Positions 10,954 to 20,899 of a DNA stretch of 64,000 nucleotides are shown piece by piece (positions within the stretch are counted from its first letter, which is position 1; each line of letters opens with the position of its first letter). This DNA is from Euryarchaeota archaeon UBA257 (lineage in GTDB: Archaea; Thermoplasmatota; Poseidoniia; Poseidoniales; Thalassarchaeaceae): assembly GCA_002498985.1 (NCBI GenBank), contig DAJO01000030.1, positions 14,586 to 78,585 of the forward strand. Direction: 5' to 3'. A program made the position numbers and the translations under genes. A model generated the notes under the pieces. That model was not told the DNA's origin, ran no database searches, and was given only the letters and a program-made list of their open reading frames with translations.

Positions 10954-11900
10954 GAATAGCCATTATCGGCGTAGGTTCAATTGGTGGTATCATTCTTGGT
11001 GCAATGGCAGATACAGATGTTGATATCGTTTGTGTATCTAGAGGAGAAACTGCCGCTAACCTTTCTGAATTAGGATTAATTTTGCATACTCCCGAAGGTA
11101 GTATCGAGGTAGTCCCCAGTGAAAGATACTTGCTTGTCGACAGTAATTCGGGTCCAATTTCTGAACAAATTCGCAATACCTGTGATATTGCAATTGTCTG
11201 CGGAAAAACCGTAGATACTCACTCATTATCTAAACTTGCATCAGAATTAGTAAGTGAAAATGGTTGTGTTTTAACAATCCAGAATGGTCTGGGTAATGCA
11301 GAACTATTAGCTCATAAAGTAGGTAGGAGTAGAGTAATTGTTGGTTCAATTACTCATGCGGCTTGGAGAAATAATGGTGGCGAAGTGCATTGGGTTGGTA
11401 GAGGAGAAATTATTTTTGGACCACTAGATGAAAGAGGTGATAAGTATACTGATTCTTTATTACAAGTGCTCAATGATGCGGAATTAAATGCTTCAAAATC
11501 AGATAATATTCAACAAATTTTGTGGAAAAAACTTCTAATTAATGTTGCGATAAATCCTGTTTGTTCGATTGCCGGTGTGCGAAATGGTGCACTTTTAGAG
11601 GTCAAATCTCTTTGGCAACAGGCGATGCAGGCAATGCGAGAAGCCGCTATTGTCGCTCGTGCAAGTGGGGTAGATTTAGGAGATATTGAATTGGAAAGTT
11701 ATCTCAGAGAAGTGGTCTCTATTTCTCCAAAGAATAGGTGTTCTATGCTTCAAGATATTATGGCGGGTAGGGAAACAGAAATTGATTCTTTATGCGGGGC
11801 TGTAGTGATGCGTGGAGAAGCAGAAGGAATCCCTACTCCTTGTAACGCTATTTTACACGGTTTAGTCAAAGGAATCGAAAAATCTTCAAGTTTAGATTAA
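10950..11900 (+). CDS. panE: 2-dehydropantoate 2-reductase (ketopantoate reductase, ApbA/PanE family)
   Basis: N-terminal Rossmann motif (M)RIAIIGVGSIGG, then ...LWKKLLINVAINPVCSI and SMLQDIMAGRETEIDSLCG (PanE C-terminal domain signature). I prefer TTG 10950 (GGAGG 9 nt upstream), which overlaps the upstream stop codon. The ORF track starts at GTG 10926. Confidence 0.8.
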   Translation: MRIAIIGVGSIGGIILGAMADTDVDIVCVSRGETAANLSELGLILHTPEGSIEVVPSERYLLVDSNSGPISEQIRNTCDIAIVCGKTVDTHSLSKLASELVSENGCVLTIQNGLGNAELLAHKVGRSRVIVGSITHAAWRNNGGEVHWVGRGEIIFGPLDERGDKYTDSLLQVLNDAELNASKSDNIQQILWKKLLINVAINPVCSIAGVRNGALLEVKSLWQQAMQAMREAAIVARASGVDLGDIELESYLREVVSISPKNRCSMLQDIMAGRETEIDSLCGAVVMRGEAEGIPTPCNAILHGLVKGIEKSSSLD

Positions 11901-13534
11901 TTTTCTAAATCTTGATTATAGTGAAGTCCAACATTGTTCTTTCTTTCTATCGATGCGTCGACAACGAGTTTTGCAACTTCAATCAGATTTCTCAATTCTA
12001 CTAAGTCTTGTGTGGGTTTACATGACTCCCAGATTCTTTTTACTTCGCCTTCTAGATGTATGACTCTTCTCTTGGCTCTTCTCAGCCTTTTACTATTTTT
12101 TAAAATCCCTACGTCCATCGTCATTGTTGTCCTTAAGGCATGTAAATCTGCTCGAAGAGGCGCATGTTCAACTAATACCTCCAAGTTTTCAGCACGCCAA
12201 AATGGTAAGTTAGTAGGTAATTCTTGTAATTCTTCATTTGATGATTTTTCAATTAAATCCCTGGCTGCTCTTTCAGAATAAACAACAGCCTCAAGTAGAC
12301 TATTTGATGCAAGGCGATTTGCCCCATGTAATCCTGTTCTAGCAACTTCTCCAATAGCATATAATCCCGGCATTATACTTTCTCCTATTTTCACTTTACC
12401 TGAGTGATCGACATCAATACCTCCAACCATATAGTGTGCAGCAGGAATGATTGGTATTGGATCAATTCCTAATTTTATACCATATGATAATAATTTACTA
12501 TCTATATTCGGGAACTCTTGGACCAATTCGCTTCTTTTGAGATGTTCAGTTATCAGGAGAGCATTCCTATCTCCTGTTTTTTTAAGTTCTGAATCGATTG
12601 CTCTAGCAACGATATCTCTTGTCCCCAGAGATCCTTTATCACAATATTTCCACATAAATGAAAATTCTTCTGGCGATTCATTTTTTGATAATTTCCATTT
12701 TTGATAATCATTTTCCATCATTAGAACTGCTCCTTTCCCTCTCATGGCTTCAGTAATCAAGAACGGCTTCGAATCATCATTTGCCAAGGACGTGGGATGA
12801 AATTGTATGAATTCAATATCTTTGATATCTGCACCTGCGCGAAATGCCATTGCTACTCCGTCTCCAGTTGCTATTGAGGGATTAGTTGTAGATGAATGAA
12901 GATAACCTACACCTCCTGTGGCTAAGATTATTGCTTTTGCAGGTAATGTATGTACTGTTCCAGATGGCGATAAACACCATATCCCTACGACTCCTTTTTT
13001 TGGGTCCCCGTATTCTCTTTGTATCAAATCTATAGCCATCCAATTTTCATATATCCTAAAATTTTCATCGATTTCGTTAGATGCAGATTTAGAAAGTGCC
13101 CTCTCAATTTCTGCTCCTGTAGCATCTTTTGAGTGTAAAATTCTTCGATTAGAATGCCCACCTTCTCTAACTTTATCATATTCTCCATCTCGATTCTTAT
13201 CAAAACGTACTCCGTGATTTTCTAGATCTCTAATTCTTTCAGCAGCTTCTAAGACTACTGATCTTACCACTTTCTCGTCGCACAATCCTGCGCCAGATGA
13301 TAGCGTATCTTGCACATGCGCTTCTATCGCCTTTTGATCATTTGAGTCTAGTACTCCTGCTATACCTCCTTGTGCCCAATTTGTATTCGATGTGGAAATA
13401 CTTTTTTTTGTTATCAAAGCCACATTCAAGCCTTTTTCGGCACAACGATTTGCTAAAAATAAACCTGCAATTCCAGAACCTATTACTGCGATGTCGACAT
13501 TTGGCATCAATTCATCATCGCCACCGCCTTGCAT
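11897..13534 (-). CDS. nadB: L-aspartate oxidase
   Basis: FAD-binding motif DIAVIGSGIAG, TNWAQGGIAG, HPT..., and RTGLHGANRLASNSLLE typical of NadB and fumarate-reductase flavoproteins. The true start may be the internal MPNVDIAVIG (13507). Confidence 0.9.
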   Translation of the reverse strand: MQGGGDDELMPNVDIAVIGSGIAGLFLANRCAEKGLNVALITKKSISTSNTNWAQGGIAGVLDSNDQKAIEAHVQDTLSSGAGLCDEKVVRSVVLEAAERIRDLENHGVRFDKNRDGEYDKVREGGHSNRRILHSKDATGAEIERALSKSASNEIDENFRIYENWMAIDLIQREYGDPKKGVVGIWCLSPSGTVHTLPAKAIILATGGVGYLHSSTTNPSIATGDGVAMAFRAGADIKDIEFIQFHPTSLANDDSKPFLITEAMRGKGAVLMMENDYQKWKLSKNESPEEFSFMWKYCDKGSLGTRDIVARAIDSELKKTGDRNALLITEHLKRSELVQEFPNIDSKLLSYGIKLGIDPIPIIPAAHYMVGGIDVDHSGKVKIGESIMPGLYAIGEVARTGLHGANRLASNSLLEAVVYSERAARDLIEKSSNEELQELPTNLPFWRAENLEVLVEHAPLRADLHALRTTMTMDVGILKNSKRLRRAKRRVIHLEGEVKRIWESCKPTQDLVELRNLIEVAKLVVDASIERKNNVGLHYNQDLEN

Positions 13535-13713
13535 GTTACTTCCATGGCATAGTAATGAATGAATCTTCGCTTATTGAAAATGATTTTCGGCTTTGAAAAA
13601 GAACTCATTTTTTCGTGTCATAGCGCCTGAGTCCTCCTCAATGTTCATAGAGTAAAATGCAGCAGCCAATGAATGATGTCGGCGATAAATTGCTGATATT
13701 ATATGGTGATGGG

Positions 13714-16700
13714 ATGCATCTTGTAAGAATTGAACTGGAAAATTTCAAATCTTTCGGTGGTGAAATAGTAATTCCTTTCGAAGAGGGATTCACTGCAATC
13801 ACTGGCCCAAATGGTTCAGGTAAGTCTAATTGTGGCGATGCCATACAATTTGTTCTCGGACCTAAATCTACTAAGTCTCTAAGGGCTTCAAATGTTTCTG
13901 AGTTAATTTACAATGGTGGTGGAAGAGGTAAAGCTGCCAGAAATATGTCTGCTACACTAGTTTTTAGAAATGAACCAGAGATTGATGGTAGGCGTAGATT
14001 GAGAATTGAAACAGAAGAAGTTTCATTCACTCGTTCAGTACGTTTAAACCGTAAAAATGATACTATTTCTTCATATTATGTCAACGGCAATCCCTCCACT
14101 GCTACTGAAATGAGAAGAATATTAGCAGAAGCCGGATTACATGGTGATGGATATAATATCGTATTACAAGGAGATGTCACTACTTTAGCGACAATGACTC
14201 CTCACAAAAGAAGAGGAGTTCTGGAAGAGGTCGCAGGAGTAACTGCATATGATGATGAGATTCGTCGTGCTAACAATCAAAGAAAAGTTGTAGAAAATAA
14301 TATTGAGACCATTGATCTTTTCGAAGACGAACAGAAAAAACGCCTAAAAGGACTTGAAAAAGAAAGGCAGCAAGCATTGAAGTTTAAAGATCTAAAAGAA
14401 GAATTAGATTCAAATAAAATCATTTTAAAACAATCAAGACATAGAAATCGGTTAGATGATGTCCGACTTCTCGGCGATGAACGTTCGAATTATAGTAAAC
14501 AAGTTGATGACTTGACAAACCAAATTAGAGATGGGAATACTGAGTTAGGAAAATATGACGAAGAACTTGTCCAAATAGGTGACGATTTAGATGAAATTAT
14601 GAGTGGCGATGCTAAGGAATTATTTGAAACAATTCGCAAGCATGAAATCGATGTTGAAACCAACTCCGACAGGATAGGGGACCAATCCAAAATCATTGAA
14701 TCTACTAATCATGAGATTGAAATAATCCGCGAAGATCATCAACGAGTCAAAGATTCCTATGATAGTGCGCACCAAGAACTTGAGAATGCACAAATTAATT
14801 TATCTAATTCACAAGAAGATTTAGCTAGGGCTGCACTCGATGAAAATCAAGCTAGGGAAGCCATACAATCAGGAGATCGTCTCGGGCGAGATTTGAACCG
14901 TGCCCTGGGTCAAGCAACTGAACTAGTGACTCAAACCCATCAAGATTATTCTACTGCTAAATTAGAATCAGACAGGGCAGAACAAAATGCCCAAATTTCA
15001 TCTGAGAAATTAGCAGATTTAGAAGAAGAATACGAACAAGCGACCCTAACTAGGGATGATTTAGAGTTATTGGGAGAAGATATCCAAAATGGTGGAGAGG
15101 CAGTCGATCGAACACACTTGGCTAATGAGTTACAAAGATTAACCAAACAAGAAGTTGGCTTAAGGGAAGACAGAGATAGGGCTGAGATTAGAGCCAGAGA
15201 TGCTGAAGTAGACTTGGCTAAAGCTAGAGCGCGACAAGAAGCAAAAGCTAACAGACCAGGCTCAGCAATCACAATAGCAGCTCTTTCGAAATTAAGACAG
15301 AGTGGAGAGATCAAAGGAATTCTTGGTACATTAGGTGAGTTATGCTCACCTAAAGATACGATTCATGAAGAGGCATTGGCTATAGCATTAGGAAATGGTC
15401 TTAGAAGTATAGTTGTAACCAATGATGAAGTAGCTGCAGATTGCATTAAATGGTTAAGAATGAATGGTGGTGGACGTGCCACTTTCCTCCCATTAAACAA
15501 ATTAAGTGTTTCAAGGCCTCAAGGTCGTACACTGATAGTCTCCAGGAACCCCGGAGTCCTAGGTTTCGCCCATGACTTACTTGATTATGATTCAGAGATA
15601 GATATCGCTGTAAGATATGCCTCTAGAAATACCTTGATTGTTCAATCGATGGATATAGCTAGGAAAAATATGGGTGGCGCAAGAATGGTCACCTTGAAGG
15701 GAGATATTATAGAAGGTTCAGGAGCAATGACAGGAGGGTCTCCAGTTGGCTCTTCGAGACCCAGTTTCGGCGGAGGTAATCCCGGACAACTAGGTTCTGA
15801 AAAATTAGAAAGGTCTTTGGAAGAAGCAAATCTGATTTATTCGACGGTCGAAGCAGCATTAAGAGAACTGAGATCTAATCAACAAGATCTAAGGGACCAA
15901 ATTCATGGATTAGATGATAGTGACCAATCTGTGAAATTAAGGGAATGGAAATCAGATCTTTCCAGAGCTCAGAAAGATGTGGACGAAATTGGAAACAAAG
16001 TATTAGCCGCACGAAAAGAACTTTCAGATGCTGAGGTTTTATTCAATTCAGCTAAATCTTATGCCGATAAGGCTAATGAGACTCACCTACAAGCTCTAGA
16101 ATCTCGAGTTAATGCAGCAGAAGCATTACAGAACCATACTCCAGACCACCTTTCCCAGATACTCCGTAATGCAGAAAAAACTAGGACTGAAGCAGAGAGA
16201 ACTAAATTGCAATCAGAATCATCTATAATTAGTACTAATGAGAGGTTGAAGATTCTTTCAGATAGAATTTCTGATTTAGAAAGGCAAATAAGTTCTAAAC
16301 AGAAATCAATCAATGAAGCAGAAGAAGAAGTTATCAAACTAGAAGAATCTATTCAGAGTTCTAGAGAATTACTGATTGACCTAAAGGGTCAAGCCTCACA
16401 ATTCAATGAAGAACAACAAATTCTGACCCAAAGAAGAGAAACTATTCTCGAGGAAAGAGCCAGTTTGAGAGCCTCTCTTGAAACTCGTTCACAAAATCGC
16501 CAAACTTTTAATTCTCGGATTGAGGATTTGAATATTCAGATTAATCAGAAAAGGGCTGCGGTAAATGAAATTGTTGCCGAATTAGCAGATGAGAATATTG
16601 AAATTCCATCAATAGATATCCAATTACCCACTGTAGCCGAGGCGGAAAAAGTAGTGCAGGGACTTGAAAGGCGCCTCGGTTATCTTGGGGATGTGAATAT

Positions 16701-17646
16701 GTTAGCAATTGAACAATATGATGTTGCAGTTGAACGTATAGCAGGCCTTGTAGAGGATGGTAAAATTCTTAGACAGCGTCGAAATGATCTTGTTGGAATC
16801 GCAGAAAGACTTGAATCCGAGAGGAAGAAGAGGTTGTTATTAGTATTCGACCATGTGAATAAAAATTTCAGCAGAGTGTATCAGAGTTTGCAACCTGGAG
16901 GAATTGGTAGTTTAAGGCTAGAAAATAGAAAAAATCCCTTTGAAGGCGGTTTAGAGATGGATTGCGTACCTCCAGGTAAGAATAGTAAAACTAGAAGAAA
17001 CCTTCTTTCGGGTGGAGAGAAATCTATGGCCGCTCTTGCTTTGATATTCGCCATTCAAGATTATGAACCAAGTCCATTCTATTATTTCGATGAAGTAGAC
17101 CAAAACTTAGACCCGTTTAATTCAGAGTTAATTGCTTCACTTTGTTTAATGCGTTCACAAAGAGCTCAGTTCATTATGGTGACACTAAGGAAAGTCAGTT
17201 TAAATCTGGCAAATCACCATATTGGCATTACTCATGCGGGAGATGGTTGTAGCCGTAGAATCACAGATTTCGATCGTGCAGCAGCATTACAAATGAGTGA
17301 AGATATAGAAAAAGAAGAAGCGGCTAGGAAACAATCCGATGAAGAGCGCTCAGAATTAGTCCTGCCAGATCCAAATCAAATGCCTAGAGTACCTGAGCCG
17401 CTTGGCACCCCCAAATCACTTGGAGGGCTTGCCGGAAGAGCGGGTGTAGAGTTAGAAGATGAATCAGAAAACTCTGAATCTCCATCACCCGATATTGAAA
17501 ATAAGAATCTAGAAGCATTAAGAGAAAGGACAGAAGACTGGAGCGAAGATATTGCTGAAGACAATATCGTTCAAAAAGCCATCACTGATGAGAGTTTAGG
17601 TGAAGATACAGAAGAGGTTGAATCATCAGAAGTAGAAGTTGAGTGA
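13714..17646 (+). CDS. smc: Chromosome segregation ATPase SMC, with an acidic C-terminal extension of about 117 aa
   Basis: N-terminal head MHLVRIELENFKSFG...ITGPNGSGKSN, long coiled coils, a hinge (GILGTLGEL...ATFLPLN), and C-terminal signature and Walker B LSGGEKSMAALALIFAIQDYEPSPFYYFDEVDQNLD. I prefer ATG 13714 (GGTGAT upstream) over 13657. Confidence 0.92.
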   Translation: MHLVRIELENFKSFGGEIVIPFEEGFTAITGPNGSGKSNCGDAIQFVLGPKSTKSLRASNVSELIYNGGGRGKAARNMSATLVFRNEPEIDGRRRLRIETEEVSFTRSVRLNRKNDTISSYYVNGNPSTATEMRRILAEAGLHGDGYNIVLQGDVTTLATMTPHKRRGVLEEVAGVTAYDDEIRRANNQRKVVENNIETIDLFEDEQKKRLKGLEKERQQALKFKDLKEELDSNKIILKQSRHRNRLDDVRLLGDERSNYSKQVDDLTNQIRDGNTELGKYDEELVQIGDDLDEIMSGDAKELFETIRKHEIDVETNSDRIGDQSKIIESTNHEIEIIREDHQRVKDSYDSAHQELENAQINLSNSQEDLARAALDENQAREAIQSGDRLGRDLNRALGQATELVTQTHQDYSTAKLESDRAEQNAQISSEKLADLEEEYEQATLTRDDLELLGEDIQNGGEAVDRTHLANELQRLTKQEVGLREDRDRAEIRARDAEVDLAKARARQEAKANRPGSAITIAALSKLRQSGEIKGILGTLGELCSPKDTIHEEALAIALGNGLRSIVVTNDEVAADCIKWLRMNGGGRATFLPLNKLSVSRPQGRTLIVSRNPGVLGFAHDLLDYDSEIDIAVRYASRNTLIVQSMDIARKNMGGARMVTLKGDIIEGSGAMTGGSPVGSSRPSFGGGNPGQLGSEKLERSLEEANLIYSTVEAALRELRSNQQDLRDQIHGLDDSDQSVKLREWKSDLSRAQKDVDEIGNKVLAARKELSDAEVLFNSAKSYADKANETHLQALESRVNAAEALQNHTPDHLSQILRNAEKTRTEAERTKLQSESSIISTNERLKILSDRISDLERQISSKQKSINEAEEEVIKLEESIQSSRELLIDLKGQASQFNEEQQILTQRRETILEERASLRASLETRSQNRQTFNSRIEDLNIQINQKRAAVNEIVAELADENIEIPSIDIQLPTVAEAEKVVQGLERRLGYLGDVNMLAIEQYDVAVERIAGLVEDGKILRQRRNDLVGIAERLESERKKRLLLVFDHVNKNFSRVYQSLQPGGIGSLRLENRKNPFEGGLEMDCVPPGKNSKTRRNLLSGGEKSMAALALIFAIQDYEPSPFYYFDEVDQNLDPFNSELIASLCLMRSQRAQFIMVTLRKVSLNLANHHIGITHAGDGCSRRITDFDRAAALQMSEDIEKEEAARKQSDEERSELVLPDPNQMPRVPEPLGTPKSLGGLAGRAGVELEDESENSESPSPDIENKNLEALRERTEDWSEDIAEDNIVQKAITDESLGEDTEEVESSEVEVE

Positions 17647-17652
17647 GGTGTT

Positions 17653-18663
17653 TTGTTGTCTGTTTTCGATGGTTCTTCAATGAGAGATGACATAGTATCT
17701 CGATTACTTGGAGGTGATGCCGATCTGGATACAAACAGGTACCTAGACAGATTAGTCGAATTATCGAAAGTAGAAGAAGCTGAACATCAGTTTTTGATAG
17801 ACCCTTTCGATCGTTCAGTAGCATTAGTTTTCCAACTATTCCATAATAGTGATTTAGACCCATGGGATGTAGATTTATCTGTATTCCTAGAATTATTTTC
17901 TAATAGAATTAATGACTCAGAAAATATCGATTTACCTACTTGTGGACGTTTAGTTCGTATGGCTTGGTCAATACTCAGAGGCCAGGCAAGTACATTGATT
18001 GAGAGGCAAGAGAGATCCCTCTTTGAAGAAGAAATTGAAGATACTTGGGATTTCGAGGATACATGGGAAAGTGATTTTTCAGATGAGGATTATAATTTCT
18101 CAGTAGGAGTACTTACAGGCGCTGCCGATGAAGTGCTACCCAGTATGTTCGAAGGGAGAATTCACCGTGAAGAAGGGAGGCCAGTTACGTTAGGAGAACT
18201 TCTAATGGGTCTCCAAGCAGCAGGAAGACTTTCTGAAGAGCAAAGAATGAGAGAACAAATTGCGAAAGAACGTCGTGAAGCTAATGAGAAAGCAAGGGCT
18301 AGGTTTGGAGGTAGCTTGCATGTTGAAAATCTTGAGGGTGATCTTGAAAGAACTTGGAATGCATTACGTAGCCGTACGATTTCTAATAATGAATCAACTG
18401 ATCTTAGTGAGATAGTTGATATCCTCAAAGAAAATTCTTTGAAGTCAGGGATTGGTCTAGATGAAGCCGAGTCAGAAGCCCAAGTCACAGCTTTAATTTC
18501 ATCTTTGTTTCTTACACATAGAGGTTATGCTGAGGTTTCACAAGATAGTGAGGGGAATATATCTCTGAAGAATCTTCATTTAGATGATGATGATTTTTCA
18601 ACTTTAACAAATAGAATAAACCCTAAATCCAAACTTCCTGGGGGAATTATTTTCAATGAATGA
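17653..18663 (+). CDS. scpA: Segregation and condensation protein A (kleisin)
   Basis: Follows smc directly. Has the LDPWDVDLS motif typical of the ScpA N-terminus and an acidic insertion. TTG start with GAGGTG upstream. Its stop overlaps the scpB start. Confidence 0.8.
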   Translation: MLSVFDGSSMRDDIVSRLLGGDADLDTNRYLDRLVELSKVEEAEHQFLIDPFDRSVALVFQLFHNSDLDPWDVDLSVFLELFSNRINDSENIDLPTCGRLVRMAWSILRGQASTLIERQERSLFEEEIEDTWDFEDTWESDFSDEDYNFSVGVLTGAADEVLPSMFEGRIHREEGRPVTLGELLMGLQAAGRLSEEQRMREQIAKERREANEKARARFGGSLHVENLEGDLERTWNALRSRTISNNESTDLSEIVDILKENSLKSGIGLDEAESEAQVTALISSLFLTHRGYAEVSQDSEGNISLKNLHLDDDDFSTLTNRINPKSKLPGGIIFNE

Positions 18664-19267
18664 TGCAAGTCTTTCAGTAATCCTCGAAGCAATAATGTTC
18701 ACTTCTGGACGCTCAATGTCTACTGAAGAGCTTTCTAAAACAGTTGATAAATCTATTGACGAGGTTAAATCATCTCTAGACGAATTACAATCTAGGATAA
18801 AAAGAAGGCAAGATTCTGCATTGCAATTAACCGAAGTTTCTGGGAGATGGATTTTCGAAGTTCGTCCAAATCTTTCTCCCTTCTTGCCTGAAACATTCCG
18901 TCCTGATACTCCTCAAAGACTCCTTCCTGCGGCTGCATTAATAGCATATCATCAGCCCATGGCCCAGTCTCAATTAGTCGAAATGCTAGGTCAAAGAGCC
19001 TATGATCATGTTAGAGATTTAGCAAACTTAGGTCTTATTGATAGACGTAGAGATGGTTTGACTAGGCGCCTCACTACAACTAGGAGATTCGCAGAGTATT
19101 TCGGTTGTCCTGAAGTTGATTATCGTGCTGTTCGTACATGGTTCCGTTCAGAAGCAGCTAAGGCTGGCCTTACTAGTGCTCAATTGGCTGCTTCTTTGGC
19201 TCCGGATGAACAGATGTCAATTACTGAATTCACTGGTGAAGACGAAATAAATAATTCCGATGAATAA
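18656..19267 (+). CDS. scpB: Segregation and condensation protein B
   Basis: 203 aa. LEAIMFTSGRSMSTEELSK and LPAAALIAYHQPMAQSQLVEMLG...LANLGLI form the tandem winged-helix ScpB pattern. Confidence 0.85.
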   Translation: MNDASLSVILEAIMFTSGRSMSTEELSKTVDKSIDEVKSSLDELQSRIKRRQDSALQLTEVSGRWIFEVRPNLSPFLPETFRPDTPQRLLPAAALIAYHQPMAQSQLVEMLGQRAYDHVRDLANLGLIDRRRDGLTRRLTTTRRFAEYFGCPEVDYRAVRTWFRSEAAKAGLTSAQLAASLAPDEQMSITEFTGEDEINNSDE

Positions 19268-19268
19268 T

Positions 19269-20582
19269 TTATCCATTTCTAATTGTATTTAGAGCAGCCT
19301 CTACAGTTGCCATTGTTATTCTGTCCCCACTCTCTTTGACGATAGTAGCTACTTGATCAATTTCTTCGTCTTTTGCTCCCGCAGAACTAATCATATTTTT
19401 CAAATGTAATTTCATATGTCCTGCTTGTATTCCAACAGTGGCCAATGCTCTTAATGCACCCAAATTTTGAGCCATACCTGCAGCAGCCATTACTTTAGCT
19501 AAATCATCAGCACTATTTATTCCTAGCAGTGCAACGTTGGTTTGAGCGCCGGGATGTATCCTTACTGCTCCGCCAACCAACCCTACAGCCATAGGGCATT
19601 CTATACTTCCAACTAGGTTCCCATCTGCATCTTTTTCCCAATGTGTCATTGAAGTATACTGCTTCTCATGTGCACAGTAAGAGTGTGCGCCGGATTCAAT
19701 AGCTCTCCAATCTTGCCCGCAAGCTATTGCTATAGGTGAAATTGCATTCATTATTCCTTTGTTATGTGTAGTAGCTCTGAAAGGATCTGCTGCTGCAAAA
19801 TGGTATGCTTGTATTACTCCATCTATTACTTCTGAACCTTGTTTTGCATCTCCACTATCTGACATCTCTTCGGGAGTGAATGTAGCACTAACTCTAGCTA
19901 GTCTATGAATCGCGAGATTACTAATAATCCTTAGAATAACAGTGCCTCCTGACAATGCTTCTATTCTGGGTGCGATAGTTTCTGCCATTGTGTTTACTGC
20001 ATTGGCTCCCATTGCATCTCTACAATCTACTAATATGTGGGCAATGACCATAGGGCCGGACATAGTTTCGATAATTCGAACTTCCACATCTTTGCACCCT
20101 CCTCCAAATTTAACTAAGATAGGGTCTACGTCATTGCACAACTGAATCAACTCATCTTTGGCGGAGAGAATAGATTTTTTGGAGGCTTCAGGATCTTCAC
20201 AATTAACGATTTGAATTTGTCCTATCATGATAGGGTCTGTGTTGTTAGATGTAAATCCTCCATTTGATTGACACCTCTTTGCCATATTGGATGCAGCTGC
20301 TACGACACTTGCTTCTTCAACTACAAAAGGTATCAGATAATGTTCACCATCAATAATGAAATTAGTAGCTACTCCAATTGGTAATGAATATCTACCAACA
20401 ACATTCTCTATCATCCGATCCGCAGCGTCTTCTGATAGTTCTGAGTCTGCCCAAGCATTTACTTGTTCAGGAGTTAGCCCTGCAAGTTGTGCGAGTTTCT
20501 CTCTCCTCTCAGGTACTGATAGTTTGTAAAATCCTTTCAATCGACTGTTATCTACTGGCATGTCTCCACCATTCTTTGCCAA
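19269..20582 (-). CDS. hmgA: Hydroxymethylglutaryl-CoA reductase, class II (bacterial/Thermoplasma-type)
   Basis: ENVVGRYSLPIGVATNF, VVEEASVVAAASNMAKR, RDAMGANAVNTMAE, and C-terminal AQNLGALRALATVGIQAGHMKLH match class II hallmarks (EEPSVVAA, GHMxLH). The longest ORF starts at TTG 20582. ATG 20561 (MPVDNSRLKGFYKLS) aligns better with class II N-termini. Confidence 0.9.
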   Translation of the reverse strand: MAKNGGDMPVDNSRLKGFYKLSVPERREKLAQLAGLTPEQVNAWADSELSEDAADRMIENVVGRYSLPIGVATNFIIDGEHYLIPFVVEEASVVAAASNMAKRCQSNGGFTSNNTDPIMIGQIQIVNCEDPEASKKSILSAKDELIQLCNDVDPILVKFGGGCKDVEVRIIETMSGPMVIAHILVDCRDAMGANAVNTMAETIAPRIEALSGGTVILRIISNLAIHRLARVSATFTPEEMSDSGDAKQGSEVIDGVIQAYHFAAADPFRATTHNKGIMNAISPIAIACGQDWRAIESGAHSYCAHEKQYTSMTHWEKDADGNLVGSIECPMAVGLVGGAVRIHPGAQTNVALLGINSADDLAKVMAAAGMAQNLGALRALATVGIQAGHMKLHLKNMISSAGAKDEEIDQVATIVKESGDRITMATVEAALNTIRNG

Positions 20583-20664
20583 GACATATCGTTTGTAATC
20601 TCTTTGCTTTAAAATGCTTGAATGTATTGATTATTTAAGTTAGATACTATTGTTGAATAATCTC

Positions 20665-20710
20665 AAATCTACTTGTTTATCTTGACATTTATCTTTAGAA
20701 AAGTAGATTT
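20665..20710. repeat. Perfect 10-bp inverted repeat AAATCTACTT-N26-AAGTAGATTT enclosing two TTTATCTT direct repeats
   Basis: Arms at 20665-20674 and 20701-20710. TTTATCTT at 20676-20683 and 20688-20695. Read directly from the sequence. Confidence 0.8.
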
Positions 20711-20729
20711 TATTCTTGGTTATTGACTC

Positions 20730-20899
20730 ATTAAAGCGTTAATTTTCATGTTAACGCTTCGTTAACGCATCAAAAAAGCGTTAATAATGCGTTAATAATA
20801 TTTCTAAAAGATAGTTTTAATCAATTTTTTTAGAGTTTTCTATTTAGTTTTTCAATTAAAGCGTTAATATGGTGAATTAAATGCGTAATTAAGCGTGAG
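20730..20899. promoter_or_regulatory. Array of six perfect and two degenerate GCGTTAA motifs (candidate ORB-like origin repeats or operator array)
   Basis: GCGTTAA on the + strand at 20736, 20778, 20789 and 20861; TTAACGC at 20751 and 20762; degenerate GCGTAAT at 20883 and GCGTGAG at 20893. Palindrome AAGCGTTAA-N8-TTAACGCTT at 20734-20759. 11-bp phasing within pairs 20751/20762 and 20778/20789. The exact 14-mer ATTAAAGCGTTAAT occurs at 20730-20743 and 20855-20868. Near-pure A/T core at 20796-20860. Confidence 0.6.

Noticed and set aside
13571-13621. 16-aa minus-strand mini-ORF (MTRKNEFFFKAENHFQ) preceded by a perfect GGAGG in the nadB/smc divergent gap.
   Set aside because: It is too short and featureless to support as a gene. 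GGAGG may simply be chance or part of the nadB leader. I cannot assess conservation here.
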